From Eledone cirrhosa (lineage: Eukaryota), in NCBI GenBank assembly GCA_964016885.1, contig OZ024751.1:20956001-21020000 (forward strand): a stretch of 64,000 nucleotides of DNA. Reading direction: 5' to 3'. Position numbers and translations under genes: made by a program. Of this stretch, positions 13,639 to 28,405 are shown one piece after another (the first letter of the stretch is position 1; each line of letters begins with the position of its first letter). The notes beneath the pieces were generated by a model. It was given only the letters and a program-made list of their open reading frames with translations. It ran no database searches and had not been told where the DNA came from.

Positions 13639-14013
13639 ATATATGCAATTGTGTGTCAATATATATATACATATGTGAAATGTAATATAAGCCATACGAA
13701 CGTGTGCTTTAAGTAAACACGCAATTTAACCTTCCTGTTAAGGCAGACACCTTTCACAGCGAGGCTAAACATTATATTTATTAAAAATACATGCCTGGGA
13801 GGGTTAACTTACATTGTTACTAACCTTAAAACTGAAGTGTAGTGTTTCAATTAGTATATGTGATTGTGTGTGAGTCTATGTCTGTGTGTGTGTGTGTTTG
13901 TGTGTGTAATCAAACACATAACCGAAAACCTAACTTAGCCGTTCGGAAGACTGAAGTAAATGCTGCGATCGTTTCGTCCAGCTAGATGTCCTTCAATGTC
14001 TGCATAGCCACAA

Positions 14014-14061
<48 letters not shown>

Positions 14062-14067
<6 letters not shown>

Positions 14068-14403
14068 ATAAATTAACGGAGCCATAGGCCCTCGCCATTC
14101 CCTGTAAATAATGTGCTCAAAGGAGAAGAAATCCTGAGCTCTTTAAAATACAATATGTTGAAAAGGTAACGCACTAGAGAGAGAGAGAGATATACAGTGC
14201 GCTATCAGTAAAACAGGGAAAAACCACCAGTGTATGGAATCTATAACCTATGAAAGGCAGACTATAGACACGATAATTATCGTGTCTATACTCTGCCTTT
14301 CATAGGTTATAGATTCCATACACTGGTGGTTTTTCCCTATTTCATTGGTAGCGCACTGTATATCTCTCTCTAGTGCGTTACCTTTTCAACATATTGTATT
14401 TTA
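14062..14403. mobile_element. Fold-back pLTR remnant, same family as 63180-63693
   Basis: Palindrome 14144-14403 centred on 14276/14277 with mismatched arms; left part is the reverse complement of ~63410-63693. Confidence 0.75.
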
Positions 14404-14430
14404 TATATATATATATATATTGTTTTGTGG

Positions 14431-14475
<45 letters not shown>

Positions 14476-14594
14476 GGAGGTGAGTTTTATTGTAGTACAA
14501 TAAAGCAATGCAGATATCGGATAAGAAGCACTTATGTTGATTTAAAACTGCACTATCCACAAGTGTTTTTTAGCCTTCATATCATGTTCTCCTG

Positions 14595-14661
14595 TTTTAT
14601 CTGATGAAAACACAAATATTATTGCTTGATGATGTTTATTTTTGAAATGCGCATAATAAAA
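14595..14661 (+). ncRNA. Type I HHR motif
   Basis: TTTTAT-CTGATGA(14601)...GAAA(14644)-TGCGCA (palindrome)-TA-ATAAAA. Confidence 0.6.
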
Positions 14662-14693
14662 TATATGGAACTCCTTTAACCATCTTTTGATCT

Positions 14694-14785
<92 letters not shown>

Positions 14786-14878
14786 ACGGTTGGAGGGCCA
14801 CTGATGAAGGACTTACTTTTTCATATGTAACCCATTTGCAACGCCGCAGCTCCATTATTATCATATATATATATATAA

Positions 14879-14938
<60 letters not shown>

Positions 14939-15004
14939 GGAGGGCTGTGTGGTTACTGATAACGGGTGTTAGAAGGTAAGGAGACACAAACAAGAAGTGG
15001 ACAG

Positions 15005-15059
15005 GCAGCCTTCGTCAGTAGTTAACGGTCACGGCTCTTTCTTCGCATTATTAACTATA

Positions 15060-15060
<1 letters not shown>
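15005..15060 (-). ncRNA. Permuted-order hammerhead-like motif, 5'-truncated
   Basis: Minus strand GTA-TAGTTAA-TAATGCGAA-GAAA...TTAACTA-CTGACGA-AGG; stem III partner not evident. Confidence 0.5.
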
Positions 15061-15126
<66 letters not shown>

Positions 15127-15841
15127 CAGAAATTATAAATAAAAAAATAAAAAAATTAAATTAAGCTGTTCAATATGTGGATAGAGTAACTGTGACATTC
15201 GGACCCCTTTCAGAACTTCTTACTTAAACATCTCTCTGCATATTATTTACTCACTTCTATCTATATGTCTTTTTACTCACCTCAATCCGGATTCTCACTT
15301 GAAAAATTTTTTTAATTTCTAATTGTTAATTTTTTAATTTTTTAATTTTTTAATTTATAATTTCTGATATTTGATTTAGGATTTTCGATTTTAAATTTTT
15401 ATTTTTATTTCCAACTCTCACTCATAACTTCCAATGTGAAACCATGATACCTAGAATTAAGTATATTTTCTCTTAGGGGTTGATGGTCAGTTGTACTGTC
15501 CATGCTTGGTGAGAGGTAATATTGGGACCTGTAAATACTAACACTCTCCCATCCCCTCTGGCTTTCGGCTGACTGTCACAGACGGGATGGGTAGCAGTAA
15601 ACTATGGTACAGGCCTGAATGGGTCATTGTTTGGCTGAAAGGGTGAACTGACTAAGCGAATTTCGTTGAAATCTGCGGTAGCTAATGGTCAACTTCCTTC
15701 GGACATGCGCCTGCGCAGACCGGTGGGGGTGAATTGGTATACACAGGGGAACGGATGAAGAACCCAAAAGCACTCACTTCGTCCGTTCCCATGTCGATTC
15801 AATTTGGATTGCCTCGGAAACATAACCTTATTATGTAACAA

Positions 15842-15915
15842 GCTGTCTGACGATGTCGCGACACTGGCGCACAGAACAGTGTGGCCACTGTCGTCATTGA
15901 AATATATATCACAGC
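15842..15915 (+). ncRNA. Type I HHR motif with long stem II
   Basis: GCTGT-CTGACGA(15847)-long hairpin-GAAA-TATATA-TC-ACAGC. Confidence 0.7.
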
Positions 15916-16669
15916 ATTATTATTAAAAGACTTGAACATCTGAAACTACTTCGCTTTTCCTTATTCGATATTTACTCCGTCACTCCTATGTGGAATAAGT
16001 ACATTGAGTGCTTGAATTGAATTGCATCAATATTAAACCTAAGTATATATATATATATATATATATATATACGTCATCACCTATACACCTCTTACGTCAT
16101 CACCTATATAACTCACCCACACACACACCCCCAAAAAATTTTTTTCTCCACATACCACCCACACCCACAACACGCTAAAACCCCACACACACGTGCTTCC
16201 CACCACATATTTACACCCTCAGCCTCCTGATTCCTCTCCCCCACCCCCTATCCACACACGCACAGACACTCCGACCCCCCCCCCCCACACACACACCTCT
16301 TCCTGAACATGTAACCCCGTTCTTCCCCCAACCCTTACTTTCACATACACACACACACACACACACGCACACCTACACACACACACCACCTTCAGCCCTC
16401 CCCGCTCGGACACCCCGTCTCCCTCTCCCCACTCCACCCGCCACCACCCCTACTCACCCCACAACCTTCCACCACCTGTTTACCCCCCTTTTAATTTCAG
16501 TTTATTTTGATCATGCCTTTATTTTTAAATTTTCTCATTCCTTGTATTTTGATCATGCTTTATTTTTATTTTTTATCTTTATTTGTTAATTTTTCATTCG
16601 CACCGTTTCCTTTCGCTATATGTCTCTCCACCACTCCCCTACACATCTTTTGAACTCTGTTCCCACACA

Positions 16670-16797
16670 CTTCTCACCTGAGGAAGGGCTTATGCCCGAA
16701 ACGTCGTCCCCCACCTACCCCCCACTCTCCTGAGCGTGAAATTAATAAACATTTATTGTCCTGCCTCTCTGTTTTGTCCCTGTTCAAATTTTTCCAT

Positions 16798-16800
<3 letters not shown>
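16670..16800 (+). ncRNA. Minimal Penelope-type HHR core in a pLTR 3' end
   Basis: CTGAGGA(16678)-AGGGC-TTAT-GCCC-GAAA-CG-TC, then AATAAA and (TA)n; stem I weak. Confidence 0.6.
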
Positions 16801-16855
<55 letters not shown>

Positions 16856-16900
16856 TATGGAAAACGAAGAATCAGTGATGCAGCGGAACACAAATTTATT

Positions 16901-16960
<60 letters not shown>

Positions 16961-17234
16961 TAGTAAAAGGAAAAGAAAATGCTGACAAATTGTTCCCAGT
17001 GAAAAATAGTTTAATTAGGAATAAATAAGAATTAGTAATAAGTATTGGTTAGTATTCAGTTTTAGTTTTAAGCTTTTACCGGTTGCGCATTTCTAATGCT
17101 TTTCAAAAATAATTTTGAGATAGATCGCCCGTGATGTTTGCTCTAATCTCTCTCTCTCTATATATATATATATATTAATATATAAGAGAGAGCAAGATAT
17201 GTGTATATATCTGTGTTTGTGTATATGTGTTTGT

Positions 17235-17341
<107 letters not shown>

Positions 17342-17544
17342 GTACGTGTGCTACATAAATCCCATTTAGATGTTTAGTTAGCAAATTATGCATGCAAAAA
17401 GATAATGTATATCTACTGGTTTTCCACTTGGAATCATATTCGTTAAAATCTACATAAAATTAAATTAATGGAAGATCATAAGAGCGACCAGACGAACTAT
17501 AAATCACATACACAGACACTGACGCACATACACACACACACACA

Positions 17545-17579
<35 letters not shown>

Positions 17580-17675
17580 ACACACACACACTGACACACT
17601 GACGCACAGACACACACACACACACACACACACATGCACACACACACACACTGACACATTGATGCATAGAGAGAG

Positions 17676-17715
<40 letters not shown>

Positions 17716-18443
17716 GCACACATACAAACACACACACACAGACGCACACACACACACACAGGCACACATACACACTCACACACACTGACACACTGACGCA
17801 CAGACGCACACACACACACATAGAGGCACACATACAAACACACACACACTGACACACAGACGCGCACACACACATACACACACAGGCACACATGCACACA
17901 CATGCACACATACACACACGCACACTGACACACAGACACAAACACGCATATACATACATACATTCATACACACACACACAAATACTCCTATACATACACA
18001 CTTATACACACATACACATACTCACAGACACACATACATCCACAAATATACACACATACATACACACATATACACATACACTCATACACATTCACACATG
18101 TACACACAGACTGACAGACACACACATATACACACATACTTATACAGAAACACACAGACACATACACACATACACACATTCACATATGCACACTCACAAA
18201 CACGCTCACACATACACATACACACACAAACAGACCCACACACATACATATACATACACATATTTCACACACACACACACATACATATACACACACACTC
18301 ACACTCACACAAACATTCACACACACACTATAGATAAGTCAACAGTATGTACACGTATACACGTAAAAGAAGATAAATGCTTCTCGAAATACGCCAAAAC
18401 TACACCTGATGTACCCCTTCCATACACATGCACACATGTGTGT

Positions 18444-18690
18444 ATCATGACTCGTGCACTGTTCATTTTACTGATGTTTGTGCATTGCCCTATGTACTGT
18501 ACATGCACTTTTTTGATGAGTTGTGGTGCACCTGGGCACTGTACACAATATTTCATTATTGTTATTATTATTATATCATGACTCATACACTGTTCATTTT
18601 CCTGACATTTGTACATTATTCTATGTACTATACATGCACCTTTGATGAGTTGTAGTGCACCTGAGCACTGTACGCAATAATTTAATTATT
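18444..18690. repeat. Diverged tandem duplication, ~130-bp unit
   Basis: ATCATGACTC..CACTGTTCATTTT...TTTGATGAGTTGT.GTGCACCTG.GCACTGTAC occurs twice. Confidence 0.8.
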
Positions 18691-18989
18691 ATACTGTTTG
18701 TCCATTTGCATAAATTAAGAGAAGTCTTTCAATAGAACGAACCAACTCTTAACATTCTCTAAAACGGAAAGGTTAATTGTCTACTTCATATGTAACTATA
18801 CCTGAGTTGTTGAAGTATCCTCTACCTCAGCCAGTTAACTAGCCCCCGCCCCTGGGTCCCGGCCGCCAGGACGGAAAATAAGATCTGCCAATCTCTAAAA
18901 AGCCCAAACGGAGAGTACCATGAAAAAGAAAATGCCCCCCAAAACATGGAGAAATGAGGCAAAATTGGGAGATTTTACAAAATGATTTC

Positions 18990-19935
18990 TAGTATAGGAA
19001 CAAGGCCAGTAATTTGGGGGGAAGGGGGAAGTTGATTCAATCGACCCCAGTACGTTACTGGTACTTTATTTTATCGACCCCCGTAAGGATGAAAGGCAAA
19101 GTTAACCTCGGCGGGATTTGAACTCAGATCGTAAAGGGACGTAACTATGCTGGAAAGCCCATAATAATTGTTTCTACTTTTGGCACAAGGCCAGCAAATA
19201 CCCAGTTCATTACTGGTACTTTATTTTATCGACCCCGTAAGGATGAAAGGCAAAGTTAACCTCGGCGGGATTTGAACTAAGACAGTAAAGGACCGTAACT
19301 CTATGCTGCAAAGTATGGCGTCCGAACCTCTACCGATACTGCCAATCCACCGCCTTGAAGAGATTTTACATAATCGTTTCTACTTTAGGCACAAGGCCAG
19401 CAATTACCCAGTACATTACTGGTACTTTATTTTATCGATCCCGTAAGGATGAAAGGCAAAGTTAACCTAGGATTTTACATAATGAAAGCTATAGCTATTT
19501 TTACACGAGAAGACATCTGTCATCCACCCTGAAGGCTAATGCATATCTCCCCCACGGACGGGGAGAGTTGACAGGCCCGGGTTTGAGAATGCATTGCCCC
19601 GGAGGGCGGCGAGGGAGATGCGCTGAAACAGCCACTCCACCTCGTGAGGCTCACACATTCGAATGGCCAACTCTGCTCCGAAGGACTTTAGTAGAGGCAG
19701 TGGGTTTGTCAGAGCCGTTAGAGCGCCGAGTGCAATGTTGCGCGGTTTTCACTTTGGTGGGGAGGGGGAAGTCGATTAAATCGACCTCAGTACATTACTG
19801 GTACTTTATTTTTATCGACCCCGTAAGGACGAAAAACAAAGCTAAGCTCGGCGGGATTTGAATTCAGAATGTAAAAGGGCCGTAACTCTATGCCGCAAAG
19901 TATGTTGTCCGACACTCTATCGATTCTGCTGCCAA
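18990..19935 (-). mobile_element. SINE family A cluster (4 copies)
   Basis: Family A body at ~18995-19155, 19165-19354, 19375-19470 and 19755-19935. Confidence 0.85.
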
Positions 19936-20187
19936 TAACCGAATCAATGGATGATTCATAAACAAACTGGTAGATACTAAAAATTGAATGAAAATTAGTA
20001 ATGTTCACCCACCTCCAACCTACATAATCAACATAACAGTAAAACAACCCCAACCCAATAAAAAAACTACTACGCACACCACACACACACACACAAACAC
20101 ACTCACACGCACACACACACACACACAAACACAAACACACACACACTCACACGCACACGCACACACACAAACACACACACAAACACA

Positions 20188-20233
<46 letters not shown>

Positions 20234-20381
20234 AACACACTCACACACATGCACAAACCACTCGACAATATTATCAAAACAAAATGACCGCTAATTATAA
20301 ATCCGATGAAAGGAATTTTAGGAGAGTAATTAAACGAATCTCGCTTTGTATCAACCCTTGAGATGAATTAATATTTTGTTA

Positions 20382-21279
<898 letters not shown>

Positions 21280-21403
21280 TATATATTAAAATAACAGATT
21301 AAAGTTTAAGCAAAGAATCGCTGCTTTCACTCTTAGCGGGATCTTCTGAAACTCGAGCCTTATCGAGCCCTCTTCTGATTTTAGTCTTCACATTTATTAT
21401 TAT

Positions 21404-21549
<146 letters not shown>

Positions 21550-21610
21550 CCCAAGGCTTTGATACCATCAACACTATAAACACAGAGCTGGCATATCTAA
21601 GAACTGACTA

Positions 21611-21666
21611 ACTGCCTGATGAGGTCATAGCCATTCAATGGCTATCATCGAAATATATATAGCAGT
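21611..21666 (+). ncRNA. Type I HHR, intact consensus
   Basis: ACTGC-CTGATGA(21616)-GGT-CATAGCCA-TTCAA-TGGCTATC-ATC-GAAA(21650)-TATATA-TA-GCAGT. Confidence 0.8.
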
Positions 21667-21707
21667 AAATAAAGGATTATGAGTTCATGCAATTGACTTA
21701 TGTTTCG

Positions 21708-21762
<55 letters not shown>

Positions 21763-21767
<5 letters not shown>

Positions 21768-21930
21768 AACAAGTAAGACCCCGACGGCTAATTCTGTCAG
21801 AATTAGCCGTCGAAACGGCTTGAGCTCAGCCGTCGGGGTCTTACTTGTTCCTATTACCCACTCTACTACCCTAAGTATTGAGTACTTTGGTGCGTTATGG
21901 TCCACCTGGTTCCTTACCACTTTTCCTTCG

Positions 21931-21932
<2 letters not shown>
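21763..21932 (+). mobile_element. Hairpin-headed (TA)n-inserted family (also ~4000-4048, 31214-31546, 31790-31841)
   Basis: ATAGGAACAAGTAAGACCCCGACGGCT / AGCCGTCGGGGTCTTACTTGTTCCTAT, followed by ACTC...TTGAGTACT. Confidence 0.7.
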
Positions 21933-21973
<41 letters not shown>

Positions 21974-22143
21974 GCCTACGTCCAATATACGCGGTTTTTC
22001 ACTGTTCGCGGATGCTCTAGAAACGTGACACCCGCGAATACCGGGGGACAACTGTATTTGCTTTTCCTTCTATGTTGTTTACTTGTCTCACTCGCTTTAC
22101 GCGATTCACTTGTCCCAGTAGCTTATTTTAGTTATCGCTCGCA

Positions 22144-22215
22144 CCAACCTGAGGTATCTGATTTTTAATGCGATGAAATACCAATGATGGTTGGCAAATC
22201 ACTGATGAGGGACTA
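22144..22215 (+). ncRNA. Non-circularly permuted hammerhead-like motif
   Basis: GGTATC(22153-58)-TGATTT...GAAA(22175)-TACC...AAATCA-CTGATGA(22202); extra helix CCAACC/GGTTGG. Confidence 0.65.
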
Positions 22216-22272
22216 ATTTTATAATATGTAACCCATGTGCAACCACGCAGTATTCCCCTTTCTTCCCATGTT

Positions 22273-22348
<76 letters not shown>

Positions 22349-22639
22349 TGGCTGCCAACTCGTTTTCGAGTACAGCCACTACTTTATATCCATGTAAGAG
22401 AACCCCTACCGATACGCTGAACGAGTGTGACGTTTTAGTCCAGCCAGCGACTTGAAAACTCTGGTACAAACACTACACTTGTGACAATTATTGACACATA
22501 GTGCTGGGCCCATGGTACCATGTGACGACAAGTGTAGAGAGATCTCCAGATATAAAGCAATGCCTGTGCCGTGAAGCTTTTATAGTGAGCAAAGGCACTG
22601 CACAAAGCCAGTCCCACTCTCTTAACCAAGATGATATTT

Positions 22640-22900
22640 ACCAAAAAGAAGAACAAGTCAACATCATTGGATACCATCTGGGTTGCAGGTGCTATATCAG
22701 AGTTTTCCTTCTCCTAGAATTCTGCCTTGACAAAAGCTAAGGGGTCATCTCTCCCGGTGATTTTGGATGGCCATTGACTCTTAAGAGCTCCTTTGGCCTT
22801 TGACAGGTTTTTTTTTGTCCTGCAGGATGTCCAAAGTCACCCTCCTCACCAAGAAACCTTGGTGGGGTTGCCAGTTTAGTCGCCAACGACCCGACCATGA

Positions 22901-22902
<2 letters not shown>
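22640..22902 (-). mobile_element. Possible RTE-like 5'UTR remnant
   Basis: Reverse strand TTGGCGACTAAACTGGCAACCCCACC ... CTAGGAGAAGGAAAAC resembles RTE leaders (from memory). Confidence 0.35.
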
Positions 22903-22967
<65 letters not shown>

Positions 22968-22976
22968 TATATAAAT

Positions 22977-23010
<34 letters not shown>

Positions 23011-23727
23011 AATACACTAGTTTGAATGTTAGATTATGTCCCACACATCTGTCAAGCTCATCCATTAATTCGTACACAGAGACAGAATTATGTCAAATTT
23101 CTTTTTGCCTGTTCTTTGTGAAATTCCTCGAGCAAGGAGACACATTCGCTTGTGACATCCTGTTGCCAATTTGTTCCTATAACCAGACTTTTATACCTAG
23201 AATTTGGTCATGGTGGTAGTTGTGGTGGTGATGGTGGTGGTGATGAGCATGACATTTGCGAAAGTTGTGTTGTTATTTCCACCCTATTTATTGTTTAGAG
23301 AGTCGTTAAAATCGCTTTTAATCACATCAAAATTTCATTAAAAAAAACCTAAACAGCTATTCTTTCAAAATATTTTCTTTTATTTTATTATTTTTACTTC
23401 TGCGTTTTATCTGCCGCTGTGAATACTTTTGTCGAAGGAGGCATTTCTCACCGATATTTTCTCTTGAATGTCAATCAACAGATAAGAAATGTATCAGAAT
23501 GTTTTGTTTTTTACACTCGCCCTCTTTGAGCAAGAAAAAGAAAAATCAAACTCAACAAATATAGAATAAAAAGATCGAATTTTGAAAAATGTCCACAAAA
23601 AACGAGAGCGTTAAGAATCAGGTTCTTCTCACGCTGAAAACGAATGATGATAATAATAATTGTTTCTACTTTAGGCACAAGGCCAGCAATTACCCAGTGC
23701 ATTAATAATAATAATAGTAATAATAAT

Positions 23728-23997
23728 GCTTTCTTTATTAACCACAAGGGTTTACATAAAGTAGACATTAAGGACAGTACAGGACAATACAGGACGGTAC
23801 AAATGGGCATTTCTGCGTGTAAAAAAACAAAAACAGAGGATGTAACAAAAAATAACAATGAAAAATTCCCCAATAGGGGGTAGACTTCCGAGGGACATTT
23901 GTGGAGAAAACCCATTAAAAGGCCACAGTGACCCTGACCACCAGGGCAAGTGCCCTCTCCTAGTTTTCCACCTTTAATTTACAGACACATACTCAGA

Positions 23998-24000
<3 letters not shown>
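23728..24000 (-). mobile_element. LINE 3' UTR/tail family (also ~61045-61270 and 61464-61515)
   Basis: Shared CCCCCTATTGGGGA and CC(T/C)TGTGG..AATAAAGAAA ending in (ATT)n or (ATCT)n. Confidence 0.6.
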
Positions 24001-24071
<71 letters not shown>

Positions 24072-24089
24072 CCTGCATAAAGAAAGATC

Positions 24090-25190
24090 AAATGGAAATT
24101 CAAGTATTTCTCGTACGTGATATTTGAATATCATAAATAGTTTTCCCAATAGTTCTTCCATCGAACAACAATACAATAGTATCCTTTATGTCACCGACTT
24201 TTCTTAAAAGTTCTAAGATTACTACCGAATGTACTTTAAGAATGAGAAACAATGCAAAACTACTTATAATAACCAGAGTAGCGCTCTCGTACGTTGTAAG
24301 CTAAACTTGTTAATTAGATTTTATTTATCAGAGAGAATAAAATACGAAACTTCTATCTGCTTATTTTTTTTTTAGGATATATTTATATATTTATCATTAT
24401 TATTATTTTTTTTTCCTTTTTGCATTTGGCATAAAACTGATTTCTGAAGGAATACTTGTTTCTGATATACGTACGAGGCCAGCAATTTGCATTGAGTGCG
24501 AGGTTAAAGCCGATTCATTTAACCCCAGTATTTGACTGGTACTTTGAAATTGTCGATCACACAATATATTTGAATGTTATAAATAATTTTCACAATAGTC
24601 ATTGTTCCATAGAACAACAAGAATACAACGTTATCTTTTATGTCACCCGTTAATACTAAATGTACTTTAAGAATATGAAACATAACAGAGCTACTTTTCT
24701 CATAGATAACATTCCTCTTACCTTTCTAACTATGCATATTAATTATATTGTTTTTATATATAAGACCTTTACTAGATCTTTATTTGTTATTATGGATTAC
24801 TTTCTTTATTTTTTCTTTCTTCTATCGGCACAAAGTCGATTTAGGAAAAGAGTACATATTTCTGATATACATATAAGGCCAGCAATTTGAGGTGGGTACG
24901 AACTGAAAGTCGATTTATTTTTTACCTCAGTATTTAACTGGTACTCTATTTTATTGATCTCCTACGTCACATTCGAATATCATACATAGTCATAGTTTAT
25001 CTCCCACAGTTTTTCCATAGTACAACAACAATTTTATGATATTCTTTGTCTCAGCAATGGCTGTAGAAGTTCTAATGAGATTACTACGAAACGTACTTTA
25101 AGAAAGAGAAACAAAGTAAAGCTACTTTTCGCATTGATAATAACCAAAAGTGGCACTCTTACATTTTGTAGCTTCATTTGCTAATTAGAT
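24090..25190. repeat. Old triplicated ~430-bp unit interleaved with SINE tails
   Basis: TTT/CGAAT.T.ATA.ATA...TTCCAT.G.ACAACAA...GTACTTTAAGAA at ~24120, ~24570 and ~24970. Confidence 0.6.
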
Positions 25191-25192
25191 TG

Positions 25193-25294
<102 letters not shown>

Positions 25295-26474
25295 TATATG
25301 TATATTGACAGAGTCGTTAGAATGTCGGATAGAATGCTTTGTGGTATTCGTTTCGTGTCTCTACCCTCTGAGTTCAAATCCTGCAGAGGTCAACTTTGCC
25401 TTTCGTACATTTCGAGGTCGATATAAAAAAGTACCAGGTCTCGATTTTTTGTTCTATATCTCTTTCTCACTGCCATTCTCTCACTCTGTATTCTTCTTTG
25501 GAAGAAATCTGCTCTATTGAGACCTGGAGAAGAAATGGGCCCCGGGAGGTTTTACAATGCCATAGAAACGTTGTATGTGAATATGGCGTTCCTACAGCTG
25601 CCTCGGGAGGTTCGGAACCATGCCATGCCATAATACAAGTTTGGTATCAACATGTAATCATTGACATTGCAGTGAATATCTTAGTCAACGTATCGCTTTC
25701 ATAAAATCCTCAAGAAGACACCAACAAAAGAATCATTTTTAAAAATCAGCTTCTACTTATATAACATAACGCTTTTAATACCAATCCATCTTAAACCGCC
25801 TTCTGTTCTACGATACAAAACTGTATATTTTAAAATACTTATACTTATCTAAAAACCTTCAGCTTAATTTCATATAAGAACCTTTGTTAAGTTATGTTCA
25901 AAACACTAAATTAATAACAAGATAGTTAGTTATATAACCAGATCTCTTAAAATTCCTGATTATTTTCAAAGTTATTTGAAAATATCATAGGCAGTGTCTT
26001 TCATATGGTAACGAAAGAGTTTATGACATTTACTTGTATAGATCAAAACCAAGATTCTTATAAACCCGGTTCTTTTTACGAATAATAACGACTTTATATT
26101 GTATGAGGCGTTCCAAGATGTTTTGGTTGATAGCATGACATAACGTCTATAACACGTTTCCCCATAGCTCTTCATAGATTGACTTAAATTACATAAAATT
26201 ACTCAAACTAAAATAGGAAGATTTCTACAGCTGTAATGAGGAAGACTGACAATCTACTGTTTGGGAAAACCAGATGACTCAGATACTGTATACTCAACTG
26301 AGGATGAGTACCAGCAATAGCTAAGGGTTTAACCCTGTGGTGGACTAGCGTCCTGTCCAGGGAGCAGTCTTATACTCTCAGTCGCTTAATACAACGGAAA
26401 GGGGGATAGATACTGGCCTGATGAAACTCTGGGCTCTGAACAGACAATACCTCCTGATGGAGTCGTTGGGGCAT

Positions 26475-28349
26475 TGCCAACTGCACCGACATCACCACCA
26501 TCACAACAACAGCACCAACCCCACCGCCATCACAACAACACCACCAACCCCACCGCCATCACAACAACACCACCAACCCCACCGCCATTACAACAACACC
26601 ACCAACACCACCAACACCATTACAACAACCACACCGCCATCACAACAACAGCACCAACCCCACCGCCATCACAACAACACCACCGCCATCACAACAACAC
26701 CACCAACCCCACCGCCATCACAACAACACCACCAACACCATCATAACAACCACACCAACGCCACCGCTCTCACAACAACACCACCAACACCACCAACACC
26801 GCCAACACTACCGTCATCACAACAACACCACCATCACAACAACTACACCAACACCACTGCCTTCACAACAACACCACCAACACCGCCAACACCACCGCCA
26901 TCACAACACCACCAACACCACCAACACCACTGCCATCACAACAACTACACCAACACCACCAACACCACCAAAACCACTGCCTTCACAACAACACCACCAA
27001 CACCACCAACACGACCGCCATCACAACACCACCAACACCACCAAAACCACTGCCTTCACAACAACACCACCAACACCATCAACACCACCGCCATCACAAC
27101 ACCACCAACACCACCAACACCACTGCCATCACAACTACACCAACACCACCAACACCACCAAAACCACTGCCTTCACAACAACACCACCAACACCACCAAC
27201 ACCACCTCCATCACAACACCACCAACACCACCGCCATCACAACAACTACACCAACACCACCAACACCACCAACACCACTGCCTTCACAACAACACCACCA
27301 ACACCACCGCCATCACAACACCACCAACACCACCAAAAGCACCAACACCACTGCCTTCACAACAACACCACCAACACCACTGTCATCAAAACAACACTAA
27401 CAACACCATCAACACCACCGCCATCACAACAACACCAATAACACCACCAACACCACCGCCATCACAGCAACACCACCAACACCACCAACACCACCGCCAT
27501 CACAGCAACAGCATCAACGCCACCGCCATCACAACAACACCACCAACACCACCACCATCACAACAGTGGAAGTAGCTCCTGCTACAGTATTATTATTGTG
27601 GAAAAGAAAATATATATTTTAAATAAACACAGCCTGGTGGAGGTGGTCTGGGGTGGTGGTATGTTGTGTGTGGGGTGGCGGGGTGTTGTGTGTGGAGTGG
27701 GTGGGGGCGGTGATGGGGTGGGTGGTGTATGGGGGTGGTGATGTGTTGTGGTGGGGTGTTGTGGTGTGTTGTGGTGGGGTGGGTGGGTTGTGGGTTGTGT
27801 GTGATGTGGGTGCGGCGGTGATGAGGTGGGTGGTGTATGGGGGTGGTGATGTGTTGTGGTGTGTTGTGGTGGGGTGGGTGGGTTGTGTGTTGTGTGTGGG
27901 GTGCTGGGGTGTTGTGTGTGGTGTGGGTGCGGCGGTGATGGGGTGTGTGGTGAGGTGGGGGCTGAGGTAGAAGAGATTCTCTAATCAACTCTTCTATATC
28001 TACTTCAGTATATTTATTCAGTTTACACACACACACACACACACGCGCGCACACACACACGCACACACACACACACACACAACGGGTGTGAGGCGTTGGA
28101 AGGAGAGATATATATACATATACACACATGCACAAACACATGTAGATATGTATATTTGCATACGCTAAATATATATATATATATATATATGTATACACAC
28201 ACACACATATATATTTATATATATATACACACACACATATATATATACAAAGACGTCTGAGTATGTGTGCACCAACATATATATACGCACACAAATACAA
28301 TGGTCTATATGTACATACATATACATACACACACACATACACACACACA

Positions 28350-28405
<56 letters not shown>

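Noticed and set aside
26421-27575. 384-aa His/Thr/Pro mucin-like ORF
   Set aside because: Cryptic CAC/CAA repeat whose start lies in a SINE tail
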